This document shows, piece after piece, positions 48,440 to 57,681 of a stretch of 64,000 bases of DNA. Within the stretch, counting starts at the first letter, position 1. Each line of letters begins with the position of its first letter. The position numbers and the translations under genes were made by a program. The notes beneath the pieces were generated by a model, which saw only the letters and a program-made list of their open reading frames with translations, was not told the DNA's origin and ran no database searches. The stretch comes from Occultella glacieicola. GTDB lineage: Bacteria > Actinomycetota > Actinomycetes > Actinomycetales > Beutenbergiaceae. The stretch lies in assembly GCF_004353825.1 (NCBI RefSeq), contig NZ_SMNA01000002.1:310001-374000 (forward strand). The letters are read 5' to 3'.

Positions 48440-49903
48440 TCAGTAGTCGCGCAGTTCGCCGACCCGGGCCTCGAGGACGACCTCGGTACCGCCGCCCGGC
48501 ACCGGCTGCCAGGAAATGGTGCCGTCCAGTTCGGTGGCCACCAGGGTGCGCACGATCTGGGTGCCCAGCCCCTTCATCTGGGGGTCCTCCCCCATCCCGA
48601 CGCCATCGTCGATGACGCTGACCCGAAGCATCGGGCCCTCGCGCCGGGAGTTGATCGTCACGGTGCCGCCGTCCGTCGCCAGACCGTGCTCGACGGCGTT
48701 GGTCACCAGTTCGGTGAGCACCACCGCCAGCGCGGTCGCGTCGGTCGCGGGCACCCTGCCGAAGGCACCCTCGCGCACCGTCTTCACATGCGCCTCGCCG
48801 GCGGCGACGTCGGCCACGAGGCGCAGCGTGCGCCCGAAGACCTCGTCGAAGTCGACCACCTCGTCGATGGTCTGCGAGAGCGCCTCGTGCACCGTCGCGA
48901 TGGTCGCGACCCGGCGCATCGCCTCGTTCAGTGCCGACTTGGCGTCCTCGGAGTCCGTGCGGCGGGCCTGCAGCCGGAGCAGGGCCGCCACCGTCTGCAG
49001 GTTGTTCTTCACCCGGTGGTGGATCTCGCGGATGGTGGCGTCCTTGGTGAGCAGTTCCCGCTCCCGGCGGCGTAGCTCGGAGACGTCCCGCACGAGCAGG
49101 ACGGCCCCGACCCGCTGGCCGTACTCGGTGACCGGGACCGCCCGCAGGGACAGGCTCACGCCATGGGACTCGACGTCCGTGCGCCAGGCGGCCCGGCCCA
49201 TCACCACGAGCGGCAGCGACTCGTCGACCGGTGACTGGTCCTTGAGCAGGGGCGTGATCACCTCCGCAAGGGACTGCCCGACGACCTCGTCGCTGACGCC
49301 GAGCCGGTGGAACGCACTGAGGGCGTTCGGGCTCGCGTACAGGACCTCGCCCTCGCTGTTCAGCCGGACCAGTCCGTCACCGACCCGGGGCGCGCCGCGC
49401 CGTGGACCGGTGGCCGCGTTCGCGAGCGGAAACTCCCCTCGCGAGATCATCCCGCAGAGCTCGTCGGCCGACTCCACGTAGTTCAGTTCGAGGCGGCTCG
49501 GGGTGCGGCTCGCGCCGAGATGCGTCTCGCGGGCGACCACCGCGAGGGTCCGCCCGGCTCGGACCACCGGGATCGACTCCTCCCGGATCGCGAACGAACC
49601 GTTCCAGCGGGCCTCTCGGGCCCGGTTGATCTCCTGGGTCTCGAGCGCCTGCAGCAGCGCCGTCCGAAGCCCGGCGGGGGCCCGCCTGCCGACCACGTCG
49701 TCATGGTGCACGGTGGCACCGGTCGACGGGCGGGCGTGTGCGACCGCGACCAGGTCGCCGTCCTTCGTGGGCAGCCAGAGCACCAGGTCCGCGAAGGAGA
49801 GGTCGGAGATCACCTGCCAGTCCCCCACGAGCAGATGCAGCCACTCGGCGTCCTGACTGGTCAGGTCGCTGTGATTCTCGATCAGGTCACCCATCGTGGA
49901 CAC
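48440..49903 (-). CDS. pdtaS: Cytoplasmic GAF/PAS sensor histidine kinase PdtaS
   Basis: DWQVISDLSFADL, PRVGDG, REIHHRVKNNLQTVAALLRLQARR, TELVTNAVEHG, GLGTQIV. Confidence 0.88.
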   Translation of the reverse strand: MSTMGDLIENHSDLTSQDAEWLHLLVGDWQVISDLSFADLVLWLPTKDGDLVAVAHARPSTGATVHHDDVVGRRAPAGLRTALLQALETQEINRAREARWNGSFAIREESIPVVRAGRTLAVVARETHLGASRTPSRLELNYVESADELCGMISRGEFPLANAATGPRRGAPRVGDGLVRLNSEGEVLYASPNALSAFHRLGVSDEVVGQSLAEVITPLLKDQSPVDESLPLVVMGRAAWRTDVESHGVSLSLRAVPVTEYGQRVGAVLLVRDVSELRRRERELLTKDATIREIHHRVKNNLQTVAALLRLQARRTDSEDAKSALNEAMRRVATIATVHEALSQTIDEVVDFDEVFGRTLRLVADVAAGEAHVKTVREGAFGRVPATDATALAVVLTELVTNAVEHGLATDGGTVTINSRREGPMLRVSVIDDGVGMGEDPQMKGLGTQIVRTLVATELDGTISWQPVPGGGTEVVLEARVGELRDY

Positions 49904-50051
49904 GGTCGTAGCCTACGCACCCACACACCGGCCGCGAGCCACGGCGGCCGCCCGCCGAGACCGGGTCGTGGCCGTGGTGTGCGACCGAAGGACCCCATCG
50001 CTACGCTCGCAGATGGGCCGGTCGGCCCGCCTGCCAGAGCGAGGGAGAACC

Positions 50052-50552
50052 ATGCGCTTCGACGCCGCCATCGACTACCCCGCCGACACCGGCCGCGTCG
50101 CGCAGATGCTTGCCGACCCGGACTTCGTACGGCGCAAGATCGAGGCGAGCGGCGCCGCCTCGACAGCCGTCGAGGTGACGTCCGCGGACGACGGCGGCTT
50201 CACCGTACTGACCCGGCGGGCGATGCCCACCGACAAGATCCCGAACGCGCTGCGCAGTTTCGTCGGCGCCTCGATCGATGTCCGGTTCGTCGAGGTCTGG
50301 CAGCCCGCCGACCCGGACGGGCGCCGCACCGGGACGTTCACGATGGATGTGGCGGGCGCTCCGGCCGGGGCCACCGGCACCACCGCGCTGGAGCCCGACG
50401 GCGAGGCCGGAGCCCGGATCGGCTATGACGGCGACGCGAAGGTCAACGTGCCCTTCCTGGGTGCGTCCGTCGAGCGTGCCGTGGTCGAGGCCGTGCAGAA
50501 CGTGCTCGACGCCGAGCGCCGGGCCGGGGTGCAGTGGCTCACCGAACGCTGA
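50052..50552 (+). CDS. DUF2505 domain protein
   Basis: MLADPDF, E-x-W, KVNVPFLGASVE..WL; RBS GAGGGAG. Confidence 0.8.
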   Translation: MRFDAAIDYPADTGRVAQMLADPDFVRRKIEASGAASTAVEVTSADDGGFTVLTRRAMPTDKIPNALRSFVGASIDVRFVEVWQPADPDGRRTGTFTMDVAGAPAGATGTTALEPDGEAGARIGYDGDAKVNVPFLGASVERAVVEAVQNVLDAERRAGVQWLTER

Positions 50553-50617
50553 GGTAGCGCCCCGCCCGAACCCACCGGCCGCCGTCGAGCCGAATTGTTT
50601 CGGTTGGGTCACAGGTC

Positions 50618-50707
50618 TTGACGCGACGCCCGGACGTGATCCACTATCGCTCCTATTCCCTGAGAGCGCTCTCAGGACATCGTCGCCCGACTGTGAGAGC
50701 GCTCTTA
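50618..50707 (+). promoter_or_regulatory. Promoter and two CelR/CebR-like operators upstream of the cellobiose-type ABC operon
   Basis: TTGACG 50618, CACTAT 50642; perfect palindrome CCTGAGAGCGCTCTCAGG 50659-50676; TGAGAGCGCTCTTA 50694-50707. Confidence 0.75.
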
Positions 50708-50820
50708 GACAATCTCGGGTCAGGTCGCCCGGGAGTCATTCGCAGCAACCCCACCACCGCCGGAACCGCCGGCACCCATGAGCGTGCGGCCTCGCCCGCA
50801 CCACCGACGAAGGAGTCATC

Positions 50821-52143
50821 GTGCGACGTAGGACACGAGCACTGGTAGCGACGGCCGGCCTCTTCGGCCTGGCCCTGACCGCCGCCTGCGGCGGCAGCCC
50901 CGGGGACGCCGACCCCGATCCGACCACGGACGCCGGGTCCGACGAGCAGATCACGCTCACGGTCGCCACGTTCAACGACTTCGGCTACACCGAGGAACTC
51001 CTCGCCCAGTACACCGCCGAGCACCCGAACGTCGTCGTCGAGCACGTGCTGGCCGCCCGTGCTGAGGACGCCCGGGCCAACCTGACCACCAACCTCGCCT
51101 CCGGCGGCGAGGGTCTGAGCGACATCGAGGCCATCGAGGTCGACTGGCTCGCCGAACTGCTGCAGTACCCCGACTACTTCGCCGACCTGTCCGACCCCGC
51201 GGTCGAGGGCCGCTGGCTGGAGAGCAAGGTCGCCGCCGCCACCACCGAGGACGGCCGCCTGCTCGGCTACGGCACCGACGTCGGACCGCAGGCGATCTGC
51301 TACCGCGCGGACCTGTTCGCCGCTGCCGGGCTACCCACGGAGCGCGCGGAGGTCGCCGAACTGCTGGGCGGCGCCGACGCCACCTGGGACGACTACTTCG
51401 AGGTGGGCCGCCAGTTCGTGGCCGCCTCCGACTCCGCCTGGTACGACTCGGCCGTCTCCATGTACCAGGGCATGATCAACCAGGTCGAGTTCGCCTACGA
51501 GGAGGGTGACGGCACGCCCATCGGCCTGACCAACCCGGCGGTGCGCGAGGCCTACGACGCGGTGCTGTCCGCGTCCACCGACGACGGCCTGTCCGCGGGC
51601 TTCGAGCAGTGGCAGGAGGACTGGGTCGCCGGCTTCCAGAACGACGCTTTCGCCACGATGCTGTGCCCGGCCTGGATGCAGGCGGGGATCGAGGGCAATG
51701 CGGCCGGCATCGAGGGCTGGGACATCGCCGACGTCTTCCCCGGCGGCGGCGGCAACTGGGGCGGCTCGTACCTGACCGTGCCCGCCGGTGGCGAGCACGT
51801 CGAAGAGGCCCAGGCACTCGCCGAGTGGCTCACGTCCCCCGAGACCCAGGTGCAGGCGTTCGCGAACGCCGGCACGTTCCCGAGCCAGGTCGACGCCTAT
51901 GAGAACCCGGACCTGACCGGAGCCGTCAACCCGTTCTTCAACGACGCGCCGGTCGGTGAGATCTTCGCCAACCGCTCCCTCGCCGTCGACGAGCTCGGCT
52001 TCCTGCCCTACAAGGGCCCGAACTACTTCGCGATCCACCAGAGCGTGCAGGATGCGATCCTGCGCGTGGACGTGACGGGTGAGCAGAACGCCGAGGACTC
52101 CTGGTCCGCCGCCGAGCAGGCGGTCGCCGACCTCGGCCTCTAG
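50821..52143 (+). CDS. Cellobiose/cello-oligosaccharide-type ABC substrate-binding lipoprotein (CebE-like)
   Basis: Lipobox LTAAC; ATFNDFGY, GTDVGPQAICYRADLF, CPAWM, GGGGNWGGSYLTVP; CelR-like boxes upstream. Confidence 0.8.
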   Translation: MRRRTRALVATAGLFGLALTAACGGSPGDADPDPTTDAGSDEQITLTVATFNDFGYTEELLAQYTAEHPNVVVEHVLAARAEDARANLTTNLASGGEGLSDIEAIEVDWLAELLQYPDYFADLSDPAVEGRWLESKVAAATTEDGRLLGYGTDVGPQAICYRADLFAAAGLPTERAEVAELLGGADATWDDYFEVGRQFVAASDSAWYDSAVSMYQGMINQVEFAYEEGDGTPIGLTNPAVREAYDAVLSASTDDGLSAGFEQWQEDWVAGFQNDAFATMLCPAWMQAGIEGNAAGIEGWDIADVFPGGGGNWGGSYLTVPAGGEHVEEAQALAEWLTSPETQVQAFANAGTFPSQVDAYENPDLTGAVNPFFNDAPVGEIFANRSLAVDELGFLPYKGPNYFAIHQSVQDAILRVDVTGEQNAEDSWSAAEQAVADLGL

Positions 52144-52157
52144 CCGATCGTCCATCG

Positions 52158-52187
52158 GTCGGCGGGGCGGGTCACCGCCCCGCCGAC
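52158..52187 (+). terminator. Stem-loop after the binding-protein gene
   Basis: GTCGGCGGGGCGG-GTCA-CCGCCCCGCCGAC perfect 13-bp stem. Confidence 0.65.
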
Positions 52188-52204
52188 CCCACACGAGGAG
52201 CAGC

Positions 52205-53275
52205 ATGAGCGTCATCACCCCGCGCCCACCGACGGCGCAGCGGCCCCGGGAGGCCACCGCCCGCCGGGTCGGGTTCCGGCAGCGGTTGGGCCGCTGGGAC
52301 GTCAAGGTCTCGCCCTACCTGTACATCTCACCGTTCTTCATCCTGTTCGCGGTGGTGGGCGCCTTCCCGCTGCTGTATACCGCGTACGTCTCGGTGCACG
52401 AGTGGAACCTGCTCGGCGGACAGGGTGACTTCGTGGGTCTGACCAACTACGGCGACGTGTTCGCGCAGCCGACCTTCATCAAGGCGATCGGCAACACCTT
52501 CTCGATCTTCGCGCTCTCCTCGGTGCCGCAGGTGATCACAGCGATCGCCCTGGCCGCGGTCCTGAACGCGAACCTGCGCGCGAAGACGTTCTGGCGGATG
52601 GGCGTGCTGCTGCCGTTCATCGTGGCACCGGTCGCGGTCGGGCTCATCTTCGGTCGGCTGTTCGCCGACGACTCCGGCCTCGTGAACGCCCTCCTGACCC
52701 AGGTCGGCATGGACCCGCTGGGCTGGCACTCGGACCGACTGACCAGTCACGTCGCCATCGCCACGATGGTGAACTTCCGCTGGACCGGCTACAACACCCT
52801 CATCTTCCTTGCCGCCATGCAGGCCGTCCCCCAGGAGCTGTACGAGGCGGCGATCATCGACGGCGCCGGCCGGCTGCGCCAGTTCTTCTCGGTCACCGTG
52901 CCGCAGTTGCGGCCGACGATCATCTTCATCATCATCACCGCCACGATCGGGGGGCTGCAGATCTTCGACGAGCCGCGCATGTTCGACGACCAGGGCCTGG
53001 GTGGGCCGTCCCGGAACTGGATGACCGTGGCCATGTACATGTACGACGTCGGCTGGGGCAACCAGAAGAACTTCGGCCGCGCCGCCGCGATCGCCTGGCT
53101 GCTCTTCCTCATCATCATCGTGGTCGCACTGGTCAACTTCCTGATCTCCCGTCGGATCGCGACCAGCGACTCGCCGCGAGGCGCGGCCCGGCTGCTCGCA
53201 CGCGGCTCCGGCGAAGCCGGCCACACCCCCGCCGCGGACGCCGGTCGACCCACCTCTGCCTCGAAGGAGACCTGA
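52205..53275 (+). CDS. Carbohydrate ABC permease (CebF-like)
   Basis: SPYLYISPFF, NFRWTGYN, YEAAIIDGA, GGLQIFDEP. Confidence 0.9.
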   Translation: MSVITPRPPTAQRPREATARRVGFRQRLGRWDVKVSPYLYISPFFILFAVVGAFPLLYTAYVSVHEWNLLGGQGDFVGLTNYGDVFAQPTFIKAIGNTFSIFALSSVPQVITAIALAAVLNANLRAKTFWRMGVLLPFIVAPVAVGLIFGRLFADDSGLVNALLTQVGMDPLGWHSDRLTSHVAIATMVNFRWTGYNTLIFLAAMQAVPQELYEAAIIDGAGRLRQFFSVTVPQLRPTIIFIIITATIGGLQIFDEPRMFDDQGLGGPSRNWMTVAMYMYDVGWGNQKNFGRAAAIAWLLFLIIIVVALVNFLISRRIATSDSPRGAARLLARGSGEAGHTPAADAGRPTSASKET

Positions 53276-54186
53276 TGTCCTCGATCCCCGTCATCGCGCA
53301 GAGCGCGGGCCCCGGCGCCGCACGCTGGGCGGCCCGACGACGCCGGCGCGGGACCGGCGGCGCGAACAGGCGCCCAGGCTGGGTCACCTACGCGATCCTC
53401 GCCGCGGTCCTGCTGGTCGCCGCGTACCCGCTCTACTACACGCTCCAGCTGGCCTCCTCGGACGCCGTCTCGATCGCGCGCAACCCGATCCCGGCCATCC
53501 TGCCCGAGGGCAACCTGTTCTCGAACATCGCCGAGGTGCTCGGCGGCCGCGTCCCGTTCGGCAAGGCCTTCGTGAACTCATTGATCATCTCGACCAGCGC
53601 CGCGGTCGCGGTCGTCGCGTTCTCGACCCTTGCCGGGTTCTCCTTCGCGAAACTGCGCTATCGGGGCCGCGCACCACTCCTCGTGTTCGTGATCGCCACC
53701 ATGGCGGTGCCCACTCAGCTCGGCATCGTGCCGATGTTCATCCTGTTCACCGAACTCGGCTGGGCGAACAACCTGATCGGCGTCATCGTCCCGGCCATGG
53801 TCTCGGCGTTCGGAGTGTTCTGGATGACCCAATACCTGGACCAGGCCCTCCCCTACGAACTCATCGAGGCCGCCCGGGTGGACGGCGCGTCGATGATCCG
53901 GACCTTCTGGCACGTCGCGATGCCGGCAGCCAGGCCCGCCGCCGCGATGCTCGGTCTGTTCACGTTCGTGCAGCACTGGGTCGCCTTCTTCTGGCCGTTC
54001 ATCATCCTCACCTCGAACAACCCGACGCTGCCGATGGCGGTCCAGCTGTTGCAGGCGAACTACTTCACCGACTACTCCCTCGTCATGGCCGGGGTGCTGG
54101 TGACCACGTTCCCGTTGCTGATCCTGTTCGTGGTCGCGGGACGGCAACTGGTCAGCGGCATCATGGCCGGCGCGGTCAAGGGCTGA
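53275..54186 (+). CDS. Carbohydrate ABC permease (CebG-like)
   Basis: STLAGFSFAKLRY, VPTQLGIVP, LIEAARVDGA, GIMAGAVKG. Confidence 0.9.
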   Translation: MSSIPVIAQSAGPGAARWAARRRRRGTGGANRRPGWVTYAILAAVLLVAAYPLYYTLQLASSDAVSIARNPIPAILPEGNLFSNIAEVLGGRVPFGKAFVNSLIISTSAAVAVVAFSTLAGFSFAKLRYRGRAPLLVFVIATMAVPTQLGIVPMFILFTELGWANNLIGVIVPAMVSAFGVFWMTQYLDQALPYELIEAARVDGASMIRTFWHVAMPAARPAAAMLGLFTFVQHWVAFFWPFIILTSNNPTLPMAVQLLQANYFTDYSLVMAGVLVTTFPLLILFVVAGRQLVSGIMAGAVKG

Positions 54187-54259
54187 CCCGTGCGGACGCA
54201 GCCAGGGATCGACGGATAGTTTGAGCACCAGCAATCACGGCGAAGGGCGGACCAGCACG

Positions 54260-55273
54260 ATGTCACGACGATCCGGCGTTCCGACGCTCGAGGACGTCGC
54301 TCGCGCGGCAGGTGTCTCGCGGGCCACGGCCTCGCGGGTCGTCAACGCGGACGAGCGGGTCCAGGACGCCACCCGGGAGGCCGTCCTGGCCGCGATCCGC
54401 GACCTCGGCTACAGCCCGAACCTGGCCGCACGCTCGCTCGTCACCCGGCGCACGGACACGATCGCGGTCGTGGTGCCGGAGTCCGACGAGCGGGTCTTCA
54501 ACGACCCCTTCTTCGCGGGAACCCTGCGTGGTGTGACGAAGGCGCTGGCGGTGACCGAGCTGCAGATGGTGCTGCTGATCGGCAGCCCGGGAGACGGCGA
54601 CGGCCGCCTGGACCGGTACATCCGCGGCCGGCACACCGACGGCGCGATCATCGTCTCGCACCACGCGAACGACAACCTGTGGCGCTCCGTGGCCGAGGTC
54701 AGCCTCCCCACGGTGTTCCTCGGCCGTCCGTTCACCGCGCACCCCGGCCTGACGTTCGTCGACGTCGACAACGTGGCGGCCGCGGAACTCGCGACCCGCT
54801 ATCTGGTGGACTCGGGCCGGAGGAGGATCGGCACCGTGGCGGGTCCGGCGGACATGAGCGCTGGTGCGGACCGGCTCGAGGGCTGGCGCCGGGTGCTGGC
54901 CGAGCACGGCCTGCCGTTCGATGCCGTGGAACTCGGCGACTTCACCGTGGCCGGTGGGGGCGACGCGATGACGCGTCTGCTCGACCGGCACCCGACCCTC
55001 GACGCCGTGTTCGTGGCCTCGGACCTGATGGCCAGCGGGGCCATGGACGCGATCCGCGCGAGCGGGCGCGCGATCCCCACCGATATCGCCGTGGTCGGCA
55101 TGGACAATCTCGAGTTGGCGACCCGCACCCGGCCGCCGCTGACCACGGTGGTGAACCCCGTCGACGAGATGGCCACCCAGGCGGTCGCCATGCTGCTCGC
55201 GCAGCTCGAGGGCGGGCCCGTCCTCGATCCCGTGACGATGCCGACCGACCTGGTGGTCCGCGAGTCCGCCTGA
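54260..55273 (+). CDS. LacI family regulator (CelR/CebR-like)
   Basis: PTLEDVARAAGVSRATASRVVN, YSPNLAARSLVTRRT, RVFNDPFF, FVASDLMA. Confidence 0.9.
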   Translation: MSRRSGVPTLEDVARAAGVSRATASRVVNADERVQDATREAVLAAIRDLGYSPNLAARSLVTRRTDTIAVVVPESDERVFNDPFFAGTLRGVTKALAVTELQMVLLIGSPGDGDGRLDRYIRGRHTDGAIIVSHHANDNLWRSVAEVSLPTVFLGRPFTAHPGLTFVDVDNVAAAELATRYLVDSGRRRIGTVAGPADMSAGADRLEGWRRVLAEHGLPFDAVELGDFTVAGGGDAMTRLLDRHPTLDAVFVASDLMASGAMDAIRASGRAIPTDIAVVGMDNLELATRTRPPLTTVVNPVDEMATQAVAMLLAQLEGGPVLDPVTMPTDLVVRESA

Positions 55274-55306
55274 GTCGGGCGTCGGTGCCCGGTCTAGCCT
55301 GGGCGG

Positions 55307-56467
55307 ATGGATGCGCAGAGACCAAGGGCTACCGTCTCGCGCGCCGGCGCACTGCGGTTCCGCTGGCGCCGTCAAGGGCTTGCCAACACCGAGCCGGTCG
55401 CCGTCGCGCAGGCGCCCGCACTGGACCTGGGCGTGCAGGACACCGGCCCGATGGGATCCGGCTGGGCGTTGTGGTTGCGCGGCGTGGCCCCGGCGACGGC
55501 GGAGCCCGAGCTGGCCCTGGCGTGGACGCTGCGAGGGGCGCCGCACGCCTACCGACGGGCCGACCTGCCCGGGGTGATGCAGGCGGTCTCGCCGTTCTCC
55601 GAGGCGGACGCCGCGAAGCGGGTGTTCGACGCGTCCACGCCGCTGCGCCGGGCCGGGATCGACGTCCTCGACGCGCTCGACGTCGTCGCCGGGCACATGC
55701 GTGAGATCGTCAGTGAGCCGACCGTCAAGGGTGAGATGTCCAAGCAGTTGACGGCCCGCGTGGACGAGCCGTATCTGCGCTACTGCCGGGTCTGCCAGGC
55801 CACGCACCTGTACGAGCAGCCGTTCCGGCTCAGTGCCCTGTACGCCGGGTTGGAACTGGAACCGGGCACCTCGCCCCCGGTGCTGCGCCGGATCCCGGGC
55901 TGGCGTCGCCGCAGTCACGGCCCGGCCCGGGCACCCCGCGGTCCGCGCGAAGCACCCGAGCACCTGCACGTCATCCGTGCCTACCTGCGCCTGCTGGGCC
56001 CGGCCACCCAGAAGGAGGTGGCCGCCTACCTGGACGCGCCGGTCCGGGACGTGGTCGCGGCCTGGCCCGCGGACGCCGTCGTGGTGGAGGTCCAGGGTCG
56101 TGCGACGTACCTGCTGGAGTCGGACCTGGACGCCCTCGTCGAGGCCGAGGGCTCGGGAGCCGATGAGGACAGGGTGCGCCTGCTCGCTGCCTTCGACCCG
56201 TTGCTGCAGGCGAAGGACCGGGACCTGTTGGTGCCGGACGAGGCGGGCCGCAAGGACCTGTTCCGCACCATCGGCAGACCGGGCGCCGTCGCCGCCGGCG
56301 AGGAGGTCCTCGGCACCTGGCGCCCGCTCACGAAGGGCGCCACCATGAGCATCCGATTCACGCCGTGGCTGTCGGTCGGCCCAGTCCTGCGCCGTGCAAT
56401 CGAGGATCAGGGCCAGGAACTCGCTCGGTGGCGAGGTCGTGAGTTCGGCGGCGTCGTGGACGAATAG
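55307..56467 (+). CDS. Winged-helix (HTH_42) AlkZ/YcaQ-like DNA glycosylase family protein
   Basis: LGVQDT, WTLRGAPH, RAYLRLLGPAT, RLLAAFDPLL..DRDLLV, GEEVLGTWR. Confidence 0.75.
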   Translation: MDAQRPRATVSRAGALRFRWRRQGLANTEPVAVAQAPALDLGVQDTGPMGSGWALWLRGVAPATAEPELALAWTLRGAPHAYRRADLPGVMQAVSPFSEADAAKRVFDASTPLRRAGIDVLDALDVVAGHMREIVSEPTVKGEMSKQLTARVDEPYLRYCRVCQATHLYEQPFRLSALYAGLELEPGTSPPVLRRIPGWRRRSHGPARAPRGPREAPEHLHVIRAYLRLLGPATQKEVAAYLDAPVRDVVAAWPADAVVVEVQGRATYLLESDLDALVEAEGSGADEDRVRLLAAFDPLLQAKDRDLLVPDEAGRKDLFRTIGRPGAVAAGEEVLGTWRPLTKGATMSIRFTPWLSVGPVLRRAIEDQGQELARWRGREFGGVVDE

Positions 56468-56515
56468 ACCCTCCGGACGAACCGGCCCCACATCGATACG
56501 GGACGGCGCACGGTG

Positions 56516-56863
56516 CTATCGGACGTCCTCGTTCGGCGCCGGGTCCTCCCCGGGGACACCCGGCTCGGCCGGTTCGGGGGTGGCCTCACCCTCCCGCTCG
56601 ACCCCGAGCGTGACCTTCGTGAGCAGCGCGGCGACCGCTCCGACCGCCACGAGCACGGGCGCGAACACCGCGGTCACGGCCGTGATCGCGACGCCCGCGG
56701 TCAGCGGGATCTCGAGCAGGGTCCGGCCGTCGCTGTTCTTGATGTAGAGGCGTCGCACGTTGCCCTCGTGGACGAGGTCCTTGACCTTGTCGAGCAATTC
56801 CGAGCCCGACACGCTGAACTCCTCGTACCAGGTCTTCTCGCCGTCGTTCCGCTTCTCATCCAT
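56516..56863 (-). CDS. DUF4342 domain protein
   Basis: LLDKVKDLVHEGNVRRLYIK, LEIPLTAG. Confidence 0.85.
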   Translation of the reverse strand: MDEKRNDGEKTWYEEFSVSGSELLDKVKDLVHEGNVRRLYIKNSDGRTLLEIPLTAGVAITAVTAVFAPVLVAVGAVAALLTKVTLGVEREGEATPEPAEPGVPGEDPAPNEDVR

Positions 56864-56924
56864 GCCGCCCATCCTCGCCGAGGCCCCGTCCGGACGCCAC
56901 CCCCGCCCCGGATCCCGCAGTGCG

Positions 56925-57521
56925 TCAGCCGGCGACCGCCAGCGCGAGGCAGATGGCCCCGACGGTGAGGTCGAGGCCGACGCAGAAGATCGCGAGCGAG
57001 CGCATCACGACCGCCTCGCTGCGGTAGTGCTTGATGTCCCAAAGGGCGTGCGCGGCCAACGTCAGGGCCGCGAGCGCGAGTCCGAGCCGTGGGCTCAGCT
57101 GGAGCGCGACGATCGCGATCCCGAAGTAGCCGAGCAGGGCCGCCGCCTGGACGGCGGTGACCTGGCCGGTGCGCAGAACCGCCCCGACCCCGAGCAGGAC
57201 GACGGCTGCCAGGACGAACAGCGTCCACCAGGGCAGGACCGCGACCAGGCCGGCGAAGGCCAGTCCGCCGAACACCGGGACGCCGAGCCAGGCGACCCAC
57301 CTGGTCCTCGTCGCGGCCGCCGCCAGGTAGCACAGGGCCGCGACCCCGACGGCGGCGGCAGGGGTGAGCGTCGTGGTTCCGGTGACGATGGACTCGCGGT
57401 GCATCGCCGCAAGACCGTAGGTGAGACCGAGTCCGCTGACCGACCCGACGAGGATCCACGCGATCCCGGCGGCACCGACATGACGCCGGGGTACCGTCCC
57501 TATCGCTTGTGTACTGGACAT
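56925..57521 (-). CDS. Membrane protein of unknown function, divergent from the GlxA-type regulator
   Basis: About 7 hydrophobic segments; C-terminal AHALWD..H..FCVGLD. Confidence 0.7.
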   Translation of the reverse strand: MSSTQAIGTVPRRHVGAAGIAWILVGSVSGLGLTYGLAAMHRESIVTGTTTLTPAAAVGVAALCYLAAAATRTRWVAWLGVPVFGGLAFAGLVAVLPWWTLFVLAAVVLLGVGAVLRTGQVTAVQAAALLGYFGIAIVALQLSPRLGLALAALTLAAHALWDIKHYRSEAVVMRSLAIFCVGLDLTVGAICLALAVAG

Positions 57522-57681
57522 GACTACTCCCGAGGAACCGGTGGACCGCCCTGCCGGGCGGCATGACCTGACCGACGATGCCAAGGAGAACGGCAGCTCG
57601 GGAGCCGATGTCCGGAATTCTTGGATACCCGGCACACGAGACAGAGGTCGGAGCCCTGCCGGCCCGTCTACGCTGGCAGAC

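Noticed and set aside
16771..54186. Three sugar ABC clusters without an ATPase gene
   Set aside because: Normal in Actinobacteria, where a shared MsiK-type ATPase is encoded elsewhere
1828..56467. HhH-GPD, DUF488, SRAP, RecQ and AlkZ-like genes as one DNA-repair or defence island
   Set aside because: They are 10-14 kb apart, separated by unrelated metabolic genes, with no shared motif or mobility signature that I could see
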